A DNA stretch of 62,903 nucleotides, filler included, from Basidiobolus ranarum (lineage: Eukaryota), in the NCBI GenBank assembly GCA_040143965.1. It is 56 parts of 56 records of this genome, joined end to end, with 100 filler letters (N's around TTAATTAATTAA, not from the genome) between each part and the next. Parts side by side here need not be neighbours in the genome. Positions count along the whole stretch, not along the records: positions 61,886 to 62,903 come from JASJQH010006803.1; 55 more parts are not named here. The stretch is one strand, 5' to 3'. Each line of letters starts with the position of its first letter. Positions within the stretch are counted from its first letter, which is position 1. The notes under the pieces were generated by a model. That model was given only the letters and a program-made list of their open reading frames with translations. It made no database searches and was not told the origin of the DNA. Shown piece after piece: positions 62,150 through 62,903 of this stretch. Both the position numbers and the translations under genes were made by a program.

Positions 62150-62903
62150 TCCCAAGTAGTGTCATGCCTAAATCATCTTCAATTAGAGGCACTCCAATAT
62201 ATGAGAGCTGATCTGCCATTGCCAAAGAATCCTCAGAATTCATCTAAATTGAGAATGGTTTGTTGTCAAAGATATGGCTTATTAGCCAGACTCTTGGTCT
62301 CATATAGTTCCTTGACTGCCTCCCAAGCATTTTGGATGTTTTTGGCTGAGTGTATGCGTCTCAAATGAGAGTCGCTGAGATGTAGACAAAGTGTACAGAA
62401 TGCTTTTCTCTGCTTCTTGTTGAAGGCAAGAATAGCTGCTAGTGGTCACAATGACTCTAGCTTTTCTTCTGTTGCAAATCCCCAAGGGTCCTGGTCTTTG
62501 GGCACCATTTGTATCTTGGACCTCCAAAAGTGAAAATCTTCACCACCAAGCTTCTCTATGAATGCAAAAACACTGGTAATAGTACTGGTAGACATTCCAT
62601 TAACAGCTAGCTTGGTGCTCATACCCTGATAATAGTGTTTAGGGGATTTGGAGGTAGGACAAAATCTGGATTTCTAAATTAAACACTTAAGCTTTCTTGA
62701 ATTGAATAGGTCCATTTTATAGTTTACTATGTAATAGGACTATTGGACATGCTTAGATTGTAAGAAACATGCATGTAAAGCATGAGTACAATTTGAGATA
62801 ATTTGGAGAAGCTTTGAGAAAATAGTGAAAGTCAATAAAAGTGATATGAGTGATATTGCAATCAATCAGAACAATAAACACACAATTTGGAATGGCAGAA
62901 TTG
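62150..62903 (-). mobile_element. Copia family B LTR (62627-62903), primer site and gag start
   Basis: GGGTATGAGCACCAAGC after the LTR, then MSTSTITSVFAFIEKLGGEDFHFW. Confidence 0.85.

Noticed and set aside
1-62903. Gene neighbourhoods across linkers, e.g. Fanzor, SNF2 and AEP as one locus
   Set aside because: Contig order reflects length only and carries no physical linkage.

Overview
This window is not a contiguous locus. It is 56 unrelated contigs of about 1 kb, in decreasing size order (1032 to 1018 bp), joined by an artificial 100-nt linker (N44-TTAATTAATTAA-N44), so adjacency only means something within a contig. The DNA is eukaryotic and probably from a transposon-rich early-diverging fungus (inferred from a spliceosomal intron, fungal-type genes and a TGG-Trp nad5). 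Most contigs are decayed, CpG-depleted transposon fragments: several Ty1/Copia families with half-tRNA(iMet) primer sites, Ty3/Gypsy pieces, and one abundant CACTA/EnSpm-type family present in about 23 contigs. That family can be reconstructed as CCCTAAC-terminated, with the transposase and an unknown ~600-aa ORF2 arranged head-to-head ~212 bp apart. Host-gene fragments are MIC60, an RCF1/HIG1 gene, two tandem LURP-one-like genes, a sugar porter, a secreted protein, mitochondrial nad5 and a gamma-glutamyltranspeptidase pseudogene. Manual translation across stops and frameshifts gave the main hidden signals: a Fanzor (eukaryotic TnpB-like RNA-guided nuclease) RuvC-II/Zn-finger relic at 56441-56748, an AEP/PrimPol-type primase relic at 21870-22313, a decayed SNF2 helicase, and Harbinger-type transposase and Myb/SANT relics. 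All family assignments come from motif recognition by eye; no searches were run.
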